Shown here: piece by piece, positions 18,952-27,204 of the stretch
Layout: each line of letters begins with the position of its first letter
Position numbering within the stretch: position 1 is the first letter of the stretch
Origin: a bacterium
GTDB taxonomy: Bacteria > Krumholzibacteriota > Krumholzibacteriia > G020349025
Length of the DNA: 33,684 bases
Assembly (NCBI GenBank): GCA_031362565.1
Contig: JANLSU010000128.1
Coordinates: 1-33,684, forward strand
Direction of reading: 5' to 3'
Position numbers and translations under genes: made by a program
The notes under the pieces: model-generated
The model's database searches: none
What the model was told of the DNA's origin: nothing
Seen by the model: the letters and a program-made list of their open reading frames with translations, nothing else

Positions 18952-20388
18952 CTATTCCGCCTCGAACGCTACGTACACGAGTTCACCACGGCGCTCCACC
19001 TGGGCGACGACCGCATCGCCTGGATGCAACTTGGCCGCAGCTTCGCGGAGCGCGGCGAGCCCCGCGACCGGCGCGCCGTTCATTGCATAGATGACGTCGC
19101 CGGGCGCGAAAACTTCCTCTTCATGAAACGATGCCGCTGCGCTCGCCGCGACAACGACGCCCGTTTGCTTGCGCAGCGTGGGCATGAGGCTCGCCACCTG
19201 CTTGTTCAACTCGAGCGCCAGGATCCCTAGATGCGGCACGAGATTGCGATCGGGGCTCACGAGGTCCATGAATCGCCCGGGGTCGCTCGCCAGCTCGACG
19301 ATCTGGACGCGCGCCTCGAGCTTCTGCCCGCCGCGCTCGACAGCCAGCAGCACCGTGTCGCCGACGCGCCGACGGTACAGATTGACATCGAATTGGCGCG
19401 CGTTCTCCATCGTCTTGCCATCCAGCGTCTGTACCAAATCGCCCGAGTGCAATCCGGCTTTCGCCGCCGGGCCATCCGGAAACACGTCCGATAGCACGAC
19501 GCCCCAGTCGCGCCCGAGCTTGAGGCCCGTGGCGAGCAACGGCGTTACCGTTTGCGCATGCACGCCGATCATGCCGCGGCGGACGCGCCCATTGGTGCGC
19601 AATTGCTCGAACACGGCTTTGACGATATTACTGGGAATCGCAAACCCCACGCCCTCGCTGCCACCCGAGCGCGACAGGATGAACGTGTTGATGCCCACGA
19701 CCCGGCCGTTGGCATCCACGAGTGGGCCGCCGCTGTTGCCCGGATTGATCGCCGCATCGGTTTGAATGTAGACCATGGGAGCGTCGGGTTCGACTTGGCG
19801 GGCGACCGCGCTCACGACTCCCATCGTGATCGTCGACTCGAGTCCGAACGGGCTGCCGAAGGCGAACACGAGTTGGCCCTGCGCCAACTCCTCGGAATCG
19901 CCGAGCGGCAACGTCGAAAGCGTCGCGCCGCCGAGAGTCGCGGGGTCGATCTTTACGACCGCGAGGTCGGTCTCCCGATCGATGCCGACGATCTGGCCGC
20001 CGACCACCTTGCCGCGTGATTTCAGAATCGACTTGCCGCCGGGGACGCGGTATTCGGCCGCGAATTGCACCTGCACGGTGCGCGCTCCCGCGACGACGTG
20101 CGCATTGGTGATGACGTAGCCATCTGGAGTCGCGACGACGCCCGAGCCGGTGCCGGCGCGGCGCGCCAGAAGTTCGCCGCTGCTGCCTTCGGCGGGCGCG
20201 TAGCCTTTGACCAGGATCTGCACCACGGCCGGCGTCACCTGTGCCGCCAAGGCATCTAGGCCATCGCTCAATTCGCGCACACTGCGCGGCGCACCGGCAG
20301 GTGCGGGGACGACAGCAGCGGGCTGCGCGAACGCCGCGGATGCCGCCAGGAGCGCCGCGAAAGCCGCCGAGTGGATGAGGCATGACAT
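18952..20388 (-). CDS. HtrA/DegP-family serine protease with two PDZ domains
   Basis: Signal peptide, triad motifs TNAHV, TDLAV and IQTDAAINPGNSGG, and PDZ motif GPAAKAGL. Confidence 0.93.
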   Translation of the reverse strand: MSCLIHSAAFAALLAASAAFAQPAAVVPAPAGAPRSVRELSDGLDALAAQVTPAVVQILVKGYAPAEGSSGELLARRAGTGSGVVATPDGYVITNAHVVAGARTVQVQFAAEYRVPGGKSILKSRGKVVGGQIVGIDRETDLAVVKIDPATLGGATLSTLPLGDSEELAQGQLVFAFGSPFGLESTITMGVVSAVARQVEPDAPMVYIQTDAAINPGNSGGPLVDANGRVVGINTFILSRSGGSEGVGFAIPSNIVKAVFEQLRTNGRVRRGMIGVHAQTVTPLLATGLKLGRDWGVVLSDVFPDGPAAKAGLHSGDLVQTLDGKTMENARQFDVNLYRRRVGDTVLLAVERGGQKLEARVQIVELASDPGRFMDLVSPDRNLVPHLGILALELNKQVASLMPTLRKQTGVVVAASAAASFHEEEVFAPGDVIYAMNGAPVAGLAALREAAAKLHPGDAVVAQVERRGELVYVAFEAE

Positions 20389-20460
20389 CTTGGATCTCCA
20401 ATCGACTCGTTCCGAAAGCCCGTTGTAACGGAAAAAATCTCCTGGAGCAAGGCTGGACCG

Positions 20461-21756
20461 CTAGCGACGGCGCGCCGCCTTCGCGGCCGCCGGGAGGGGC
20501 TGGATGACGATGCGTGCCGACGTCACCAGGTCGAGGGCATGGTTGCCACTGCCGACGTTGTCACGACATTGCAGGAAGAAAATATCGCCGGTCGACCGCA
20601 CCGCTTGGCGCGCGGCGCTGCGCACCGTGGACCACGCGGTCCATTCGTTGTCATTGGCGACGTTGGCGATGTTCCAGCCGTAGCGGGTTTCGGTTGCATT
20701 TGCACCGTAGCTACTCGCATCCGGCTTGGTCCACGACACGCGGACGCTGTCGGTACCCGCCGAAACATTGAATGGCGGCGGGGTTCCGGGTGGAATGCTC
20801 AGTGTGTCCGTCGTCGCATGCGCGACGTACGCCGTGATGCGCGGCCCGACCGGCAGATTGCCGTCCAAGACGAGGACGGCGTAGTTGTTGGCGTCGATCG
20901 TCGTCGCGTCGAAGCGCGCCGTGATCGCGCCGCCATCGTCGCGGCCTTGTACCGCAAAGACGAACGCTTGTTGCGTCGGCCCCGCCGGCACGACATCCCG
21001 CAACACATGCGAAGTCCCCGTCCCCGTGTTCCACGTTTGCCACGGCGACCAGCGGCTTTCACGCAGCGCATACAGCGAATCCGGGAACCCGAGTGGATTC
21101 CCGAGTCCATCGAGTGTCGCGTGCAGCAACACCCAGCGGGAGTCTTGCGGATTCTGGGGATCCGGCCCACCGCCCACCACATCGAAGCCGGTCCAATGCA
21201 TAACGCTGGTGCGCGGCAACGTTGCGGGCGCACCGCGTAGCGCCGGCGCCACGAGCGCCAGCTGGGGCGCTTGGGTGAAAGCTTGAAACGTGCGCGAATC
21301 GGGCGTGGCGTCGAACGTGCCATCGTTATCGACGGCGCGCAGGTAGAACGAGTGCCAGCGATCGAATTCGAGCGGTCCAACCGTGGTGCGCGGGTCGACG
21401 CGCAGCGTGTCCGCCGGCAGGATGAACGTATGCCCGTTGCCGTCGATTCGCGTCCACCGTACGTCGTCAATTCCCGGTGGAACCGGGTGAACTTGGTCGA
21501 TCCGCGCGACCGAGCGTGGGTACGTGTCGAGGACGTATTCGAAGTACGCCAGCCTGCCATCCTGGTCGGCCGCGAACCACAGGAAGTCGACGTGGTGTCC
21601 AACCCGGCTCGAATCGCGTGGCGTCGACGAAGTAATGAAAGTTTCCGGCGGCAGGTTTGGCGACGCCGGCTCGTCCGGGTTGCAACCCGCCAAGATCGCA
21701 ACCGCGAGCGCAGTTGCGGCGGCACTCGCGGGGCGAGTGATCCAAGCTCGTTTCAC
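20461..21756 (-). CDS. Hypothetical lipoprotein (beta-rich, Ig/FN3-like repeats)
   Basis: GTG at 21756 after GGAG. Lipobox ILAGC. NLPPETFIT and repeated F(Y)LRAVDNDG / FAVQGRDDGG / FLQCRDNVG strands. Confidence 0.75.
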   Translation of the reverse strand: MKRAWITRPASAAATALAVAILAGCNPDEPASPNLPPETFITSSTPRDSSRVGHHVDFLWFAADQDGRLAYFEYVLDTYPRSVARIDQVHPVPPGIDDVRWTRIDGNGHTFILPADTLRVDPRTTVGPLEFDRWHSFYLRAVDNDGTFDATPDSRTFQAFTQAPQLALVAPALRGAPATLPRTSVMHWTGFDVVGGGPDPQNPQDSRWVLLHATLDGLGNPLGFPDSLYALRESRWSPWQTWNTGTGTSHVLRDVVPAGPTQQAFVFAVQGRDDGGAITARFDATTIDANNYAVLVLDGNLPVGPRITAYVAHATTDTLSIPPGTPPPFNVSAGTDSVRVSWTKPDASSYGANATETRYGWNIANVANDNEWTAWSTVRSAARQAVRSTGDIFFLQCRDNVGSGNHALDLVTSARIVIQPLPAAAKAARRR

Positions 21757-22057
21757 GCCAACTCCGATCCACGGGAAGAACGACGGCACGACCGCGATGA
21801 TAGCGGAGTAGGGGCGAGAAAGGCACCCGGCGCAACGACGACATCCGCCTTGGGTACGACCGGAATCAGAACCCTCGGCTTCAGTCCCCACCCGTGTACG
21901 CCGGGTACCCTCGATGATCGGCCGCTTGAATTGCAGCGGCCCAGCTCACGAACGCCGGCTTGGTGGGGACTTCGCCTGCGACAGACAATTGGATTTCGTT
22001 GCCGCTCAGAAACCTGGCGACGCGGGGAAGGAAACGCCACAGCGGACGTTTGTCAAG

Positions 22058-23458
22058 TCACCGGCTGGCGGTTCCGTGCGCGTCGGCGGTTTGCGGCTCG
22101 AGGACGTCCATGAACGCGCTGACGGAAAAGACGGCGTTCCCGGGTCCGGGTTCGCCATAGCCGGGCGGCACCGGCAGTCCATGCTTGCGGTGCGTGTCCC
22201 GCCACAGGCGCAGCAGGCCGGCATGGTATTCGAGCGGCGCCGGCCCCTGCTCGCGCCCGAGAACCGAGAGCGGCTCGGGGCACCACGTGGTGAAACGTGG
22301 CGCGACACCGTGCGACATGAAGAAGTCGAGACCTTCGCCGGTCGAGCGCAGCGCTTCATCGACGGTGGCGAATCCGTAGGGTTTTGCGAGTTCCACGCCG
22401 CCGACAAAGTTCGGGATGACGTTCGACGGCCCCAAGACCTTCGCCGCATCCAGAATGCGGCGGATCCACGTGTCGCGCCCGATGGTGCGCGTCTTGCCGG
22501 GGCAAATCTTCTCGAAGAGTTGCGCGTCCCAGACTTCGTAGTTGGGGTGGTAAACCTTTACGCCCGCATCCTTGAAACGTTGTACGTCGTCGGGTTCGTG
22601 TGCCTGCACGACCATCTTCGAGAGCCAGCGATTCGGAAACCGCGCTTCGATCGCCGCTGCGTACTGGCAGTAGAACTCGACCTCCGACTGGCCGCGCAGC
22701 TTGCCGGTGACGCTGCCACCGGTGATCGTGTAGGCGTGCGTGCGCAAGAGCGGCAGCACTCCTGGCGTTGCACCGTTCGAGCCCGTCGCGGACCCCGAGT
22801 CATCGCCAAACTCTGCGCCGCCGCGATCCTCGGCGTCGGCCAAGATTTGCAGCGCGCCCAGCACGTCTTCGATGCTCTTCACGGTTTGATACGGGCGGCC
22901 GGCGCGCACTTGCTGCCGGAAATTCTCGTTGATGTCGCAGAACTGGCATTCTTCGTCGGTGCCGAAGTATTGGCACTGCCGGAACACGGTCAGGTAAATG
23001 AGATAGCCCCACTCGATCGTCGGCGCGACCTCACTCATCATCTTGCCGTTCGGAAGCGGGGCACGATAGAACGATGGGTTCGGGCCGACGAGGATGTCGG
23101 CAATGTGGTCCGGGCCACAGTGCAACACCAAGCGTTCGCCTTCGAGATCGGCGCGGTACGGTGACGCGGGATTGACGCGCACCGAAACAATGGTGCGCCG
23201 GAATCCGAGTGGTCCGCCGACCAGGGCGATCTCTTCCGGGGCGCGCAGGTTTTCGGCCTGGGCCATGGCATCGACCGGCACCAGGTCGAACGAAAAAATG
23301 AAGTAGGCCTTGGTCTTGTAAGCGGCGCACCAACGCAACGCCGCGTCCGTGAACCCGATGCCGCGCCGCAGCAGGTCTTCCTTGAAGAGCGCTTCGAGCG
23401 GCAAATCCGCGAACGCTTCGTGCAGCCGCAGCACGGCGTCGGAGGCGATTTCGGTCAT
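22058..23458 (-). CDS. Radical SAM enzyme, NikJ/PolH-like (CX8CX2C)
   Basis: Cluster motif CQYFGTDEECQFC. Segments KEDLLR, YFIFSFD, RRTIVSVRVNPASPY, APTIEWGYLIYLTVFR, HPNYEVWD, PRFTTWCPEP and AVFSVSAFMD match my recollection of NikJ/PolH. ATG overlaps the ompA-family stop (ATGA). Confidence 0.8.
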   Translation of the reverse strand: MTEIASDAVLRLHEAFADLPLEALFKEDLLRRGIGFTDAALRWCAAYKTKAYFIFSFDLVPVDAMAQAENLRAPEEIALVGGPLGFRRTIVSVRVNPASPYRADLEGERLVLHCGPDHIADILVGPNPSFYRAPLPNGKMMSEVAPTIEWGYLIYLTVFRQCQYFGTDEECQFCDINENFRQQVRAGRPYQTVKSIEDVLGALQILADAEDRGGAEFGDDSGSATGSNGATPGVLPLLRTHAYTITGGSVTGKLRGQSEVEFYCQYAAAIEARFPNRWLSKMVVQAHEPDDVQRFKDAGVKVYHPNYEVWDAQLFEKICPGKTRTIGRDTWIRRILDAAKVLGPSNVIPNFVGGVELAKPYGFATVDEALRSTGEGLDFFMSHGVAPRFTTWCPEPLSVLGREQGPAPLEYHAGLLRLWRDTHRKHGLPVPPGYGEPGPGNAVFSVSAFMDVLEPQTADAHGTASR

Positions 23459-25110
23459 TCCTTCTTCGGTTCTGGTCCCGGTGTCTTTTCGGGCTCCGGA
23501 GGCGGCATCGTTTCCTGCACGCCGGCACCCATCCGCCGCTGCATTTCCGCCTGCAGCTCGTCGCGGTTCAGCACCTTGAATTCGACACGGCGGTTCTCGG
23601 CGCGGCCGGCGTCGGTTGTGTTGTCGGCGATCGGTACCGTCTCGCCGTAGCCCTGCACCGTGTACTTGGTAACGTCGAGGTTGGCGTTCTTCGACTGCAA
23701 GTAGTAGAGCACCGCTTGCGCGCGCCGCTGCGACAATTCCTGATTCTTCACGTCGCTGCCCTTGGAATCCGAGTGGCCGCCGATCTCGATGCGCAGCACC
23801 GGCCAATTGCCGAGGATCGCCACGACCGAGTCGAGCGTTGCCGCGAACTCCGGCTTGATGTCGGCCTTATTGGTGTCGAACTTGACGCCGCTCAAGCGAA
23901 TCATGCCGGTGTCGAGCAGCTGCTGCTCGCGCACCGTCTTGGCGAGTGGGCAGCCGGTCGAGTCGACGTGCGTGCCGGCCGGCGTGTCGGGGCACTGGTC
24001 GGCGGGATCGGGGATACTGTCGCCGTCATTGTCGAGATCGGGGCAGCCGTCTTCGTCTTGGAAGCCGTCCTTGTCCTCGGCCACATCCGCGCACTTGTCT
24101 TGCGCATCCGGGATGCCGTCGTTGTCATTGTCGAGATCGGGACAGCCGTCCTCGTCTTGGAAGCCGTCCTTGTCTTCCACGACATCGGGGCACTTGTCCT
24201 TCACGTCCGGAACGCCGTCGTTGTCGTTGTCGAGATCCGGGCAACCGTCTTCGTCCTGGAAGCCGTCTTTGTCTTCCGCGACATCGGGGCACTTGTCGAG
24301 ACGGTTCGAAATGCCATCGCCGTCGGCGTCGCGGTCCCCGAACCACCACGTGAACGCGCCGAACACCGAGGGAATCCAATTGTTGGCGTCGACTTGGCTG
24401 GGGCCGCCGCGCCGCGGCGGTGCCGGCAGTCGCGGCGCCGGCGGGTCCGGCTGGACGGGGAAGATGCGCAGCGTGTCGCTGGCGCCCGTATTGTCGGTGT
24501 GCTGCTTCAACAAATAGTCGATGCGCGCGCCGACTCGGAACGTCAGGCTCGAAACCACATGCGTCTCCAGGCCGAGCCCACCGTAGAACTTGAAGTTGTT
24601 GTCGTTCAAGAAGGCGAAGTTGCGGTCATCGCGGAAACCTGACGCCGTGGGACCGCTGTCGAAGGGGCCGGGGCTTGTCTTGCCGGCGCGGAAGTCGACC
24701 ACGTTCCACCACAAAACACCCGATCCGCCAAACGCCTGCCACGTCCAACCCGCGTCAGGCCGGCCGTTAAAAACGAGTCCGAGGTCCAGTCCCGTGGTCC
24801 GGGTGCGGAAGTTCTGCGTGTCGTCCCAGTTGTACCCGAAACGGTATGAGGCCTCGACGTCCCAGTGGCTGCGCCAGCCGAAGCGCAATCCAGTCGTCGC
24901 CCAGGGGCCAACCTTCGTGTGATCGAGATTGCCGCCCACCAATTTGTAGGCGCCACCGCCGAGCATGAGTCCGATGCGATTCGAATAATCGTCCGCGGCT
25001 GCGGCGCGGTGCGCGCCAAGCGCCAGGATCAAGCCTGCCGCCACCACAAGAAATGGGTTTGTCCATCGCACCCGTGACACGACTCCGCCTCGATCGCTCG
25101 GCACGCGCAT
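23455..25110 (-). CDS. OmpA-family outer-membrane protein (beta-barrel, thrombospondin type-3 repeats, OmpA C domain)
   Basis: AGGAGG-8nt-ATG at 25110. Signal peptide, amphipathic beta strands, DxDxDGxxDxxDxCP repeats, then FDTNKA, GHSD, NQELSQRRA, GYGE, NRRVEF. Confidence 0.92.
   Translation of the reverse strand: MRVPSDRGGVVSRVRWTNPFLVVAAGLILALGAHRAAAADDYSNRIGLMLGGGAYKLVGGNLDHTKVGPWATTGLRFGWRSHWDVEASYRFGYNWDDTQNFRTRTTGLDLGLVFNGRPDAGWTWQAFGGSGVLWWNVVDFRAGKTSPGPFDSGPTASGFRDDRNFAFLNDNNFKFYGGLGLETHVVSSLTFRVGARIDYLLKQHTDNTGASDTLRIFPVQPDPPAPRLPAPPRRGGPSQVDANNWIPSVFGAFTWWFGDRDADGDGISNRLDKCPDVAEDKDGFQDEDGCPDLDNDNDGVPDVKDKCPDVVEDKDGFQDEDGCPDLDNDNDGIPDAQDKCADVAEDKDGFQDEDGCPDLDNDGDSIPDPADQCPDTPAGTHVDSTGCPLAKTVREQQLLDTGMIRLSGVKFDTNKADIKPEFAATLDSVVAILGNWPVLRIEIGGHSDSKGSDVKNQELSQRRAQAVLYYLQSKNANLDVTKYTVQGYGETVPIADNTTDAGRAENRRVEFKVLNRDELQAEMQRRMGAGVQETMPPPEPEKTPGPEPKKE
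24031..24327. repeat. Three 99-bp coding repeats (33-aa TSP3 calcium-binding unit)
   Basis: Units start at 24031, 24130 and 24229, encoding variants of DGIPDAQDKCxDVAEDKDGFQDEDGCPDLD. Confidence 0.9.
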
Positions 25111-25188
25111 GCCCAAGGCCTCCTGCGTTTCGACCCCAAAACCAGAGGTTCATTCGTGCGCCGCGTGGGGAAACGACGGAACCGCAGG

Positions 25189-25217
25189 AGCTTACGAGAG
25201 CCCGCCACGATTGTCAA
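25189..25217 (-). promoter_or_regulatory. sigma70 promoter for the ompA-radical SAM operon
   Basis: TTGACA (25217-25212), 17-bp spacer, TAAGCT (25194-25189), ~80 bp upstream of the ATG. Confidence 0.7.
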
Positions 25218-25246
25218 AGGGGCCAAACGCGCGCCGCAGCCAAGCC

Positions 25247-25811
25247 CTGTCCGGCCCCGACGTGTCAACATCATCGACAGCTCCCCGTGATGCCGGTGGT
25301 CAATCAGCGCGCGGCTCCTTCGAGAAACCCCAGTCGCAGAGCCGGTTTTGACCAAGACCCCTCATGGCCCGCCGTTTGCGCATCTTCGTCCGGCCACCGG
25401 CCCATCCGCCCCGTCGAGCGCCGATGTGTTCTTTGAGAATCAACACCGCGCGAGGCGCGAAGACCTTCGCGATCGCGAGGCCTTTCGGTGCGAATGCAGC
25501 GGAGCCCCGCGCAGACGTTTTCCGCCCGAGGGCCTCACTGTCCCGAGGTAATCCGTCCTCGTCAGCCCCAGCAAACGGGGCCACGCCAGCCGCTTCGCTC
25601 TCTGCGCACACTCGTTCCAGAACTAGTTGTGAAATATTTCACAAAGTCTCGCGGGGGCGTGATTCGCGCGGTTTCTGCGGGCCGCTTCGTAGAGGCGTCC
25701 GACGAATTGCGCAGACGTTTTCTATCCGGATGAATGGCGCGGTCGCGAGAAACAAGGGATCACTGTCCCGACGTTGTCTGTCGTCGTTCGTCAGGCCGCT
25801 TCGCGCTGGGC
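25247..25811. repeat. Degenerate tandem noncoding motif (two clear copies, two weak), candidate structured RNA
   Basis: Same ordered blocks in two units: GCGCAGACGTTTTC (25509, 25709), TCACTGTCCCGA (25535, 25760), TCGTCAG (25559, 25788), GCCGCTTCGC (25589, 25795). Weaker copies at 25335-25395 and 25247-25280. Confidence 0.65.
25627..25644. promoter_or_regulatory. Rex operator (perfect consensus)
   Basis: TTGTGAAATATTTCACAA is a perfect palindrome matching TTGTGAA-N4-TTCACAA, and rex is encoded in this window. Confidence 0.8.
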
Positions 25812-25840
25812 TATCTTGGGGCGCCGCTACTTGCGCGGCG

Positions 25841-27016
25841 CTACTTGGCGCGGCGGCGCTTGGCGGCGCGGGGCTTGCCTTTGCGTGCGGCGGCTTGGCG
25901 TTCGAGCACGGCTTTTACGACGAGCGGCCATACAATGGTGGCGTCGGCGTAGACTTCGGCGTAGCGGCCGCCTTCGGCAACCGGTACGAACTTGCCCCAC
26001 GACACACCTTCGCTGTAGGTGCAGCCCGACAGGCCGCCCCAGTGGGTCGGCTCGGGACAGATCCGGACACCGTATTCGAAGCGGCGAATGCCGTCGCCGA
26101 TCCCGGCGCGCTTCTGCAGCAGGTCCAAGTACGGCCCCACCTGTTGGGCCCAGTTGCGCGGCACGCCGCCGCCGATCGTAAAGATGCCGAGCTTCTTGGC
26201 GCCGACAACGCGCTCTTTGTAGGCCTCGACATCCAGAAAGGGATCGAACCGCAACGGCGGCTGCTGGCGTTTGCGGCGCCGGTGGCTGTGGATGGCGAAG
26301 TCGAGTCCCAGCTCCGAGTCGCTGAACGCGGGGACATACACCGGAACGTCATGCTCGTACGCCGAGCGCAGGATGCCGCGGCCGAGGTCGTGCTTCGACA
26401 GATGCCCGCCGAGCGCGTAGGTCAGCATGTGGCTGCACCAGGTATCGACGTGCGGATTGGCTTCGAGCACGGTGCGAAAAATGTGCTCTACATCATCCAG
26501 GTTGCGCTCGAGCTCGATGGAGTCGAACACCCGGTTGTAGCCCCGCTCGAAGAGTTCGTCGTCGCTCATCGATGGGTCATACTTGAAATGCAGTTTGCCG
26601 GCGGCTTCCACGAAACCGTGCGCCATGAGCGCGCCGGTCGAAATCACCGCATCCACCAGCCCGGCCTCGATCATGTCGCACAGCACGAGCCCCATCTTGG
26701 CGACGGTCATCGCACCGGAGACGGTACACACCACGAAGCAGTCGCGGTCCTCGGCCATGGTTTGCAGGATTTCGGCAGCCTCGCCGACTTGGCGCGCCCC
26801 GATGGCGGTCTTGGCGTAGGCCTCGACGAGATCCGAAACGCTATGGATGCGCGCCAGATCGAGCGGCACCGTCGGGCGCAGCTTGTCGTTGAAGCCCGTG
26901 CCATAGGCGGTGAGCGCCCGCTTTGCGCTCGACTTCGCGGTTGGCTTGGCGCTCGACCCTGCGCTTGCCTTCGAGGTCCGGTGCGCCGCTGGTGCTGCTG
27001 TTTTCTTCTTCGCCAA
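25841..27016 (-). CDS. Deoxyhypusine synthase-like protein (possible homospermidine synthase)
   Basis: SGAM, ISTGA, VPAFSDSELG, IGGGVPRN, GGLSGCTYSEGVSWGK (catalytic Lys position) and ADATIVWPL. Probable TTG start at 27016 after GGGGGA. Confidence 0.88.
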   Translation of the reverse strand: MAKKKTAAPAAHRTSKASAGSSAKPTAKSSAKRALTAYGTGFNDKLRPTVPLDLARIHSVSDLVEAYAKTAIGARQVGEAAEILQTMAEDRDCFVVCTVSGAMTVAKMGLVLCDMIEAGLVDAVISTGALMAHGFVEAAGKLHFKYDPSMSDDELFERGYNRVFDSIELERNLDDVEHIFRTVLEANPHVDTWCSHMLTYALGGHLSKHDLGRGILRSAYEHDVPVYVPAFSDSELGLDFAIHSHRRRKRQQPPLRFDPFLDVEAYKERVVGAKKLGIFTIGGGVPRNWAQQVGPYLDLLQKRAGIGDGIRRFEYGVRICPEPTHWGGLSGCTYSEGVSWGKFVPVAEGGRYAEVYADATIVWPLVVKAVLERQAAARKGKPRAAKRRRAK

Positions 27017-27204
27017 GACCGATTCCCCCGAATGATTGCTGCCGCGTGAATGCCCTTGGAGGAACCGTGGTTCCGCGGGGAGACGAGCGAGGCCGGTAAG
27101 CCTGGGCGCGCCGACTCTCGCGGGGGGCATTCTTGCAAACGCCGGTCACGGTGTCCAGCAAGCATCGTGTGAAGCGGGCCTGGGCGCTCGGGGCGGCGAG
27201 CGGC

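Noticed and set aside
23459..23806. N-terminal extension of the radical SAM ORF to 582 aa
   Set aside because: It overlaps the OmpA domain in another frame. The ATGA-coupled start at 23458 fits the family N-terminus.
24031..24327. 99-bp repeats as a DGR template/variable pair or mobile repeat
   Set aside because: They are in-frame TSP3 protein repeats with many synonymous differences, and no reverse transcriptase is present.
25500..25600. Resemblance to glmS ribozyme (TGACGAGG...GGCGG), hammerhead (CTGACGA...GAAA) or tmRNA 5' end (GGGGCTGA) on minus
   Set aside because: It lacks the AGCGCC cleavage-site context and a downstream glmS gene. Hammerhead stems II/III and the NUH site cannot be formed. 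There is no tmRNA T-arm or CCA end.
25300..25611. 103-aa minus-strand ORF just downstream of the Rex box
   Set aside because: No convincing RBS or recognisable domain, and the conserved blocks of the repeat do not keep a reading frame between copies. Not fully excluded.
25364..27049. Long plus-strand ORFs (561 aa here; also 16317-18332, 14352-16283, 10080-11501, 21914-23164, 91-1182)
   Set aside because: These are antisense shadows of well-supported minus-strand genes, typical of high-GC DNA.
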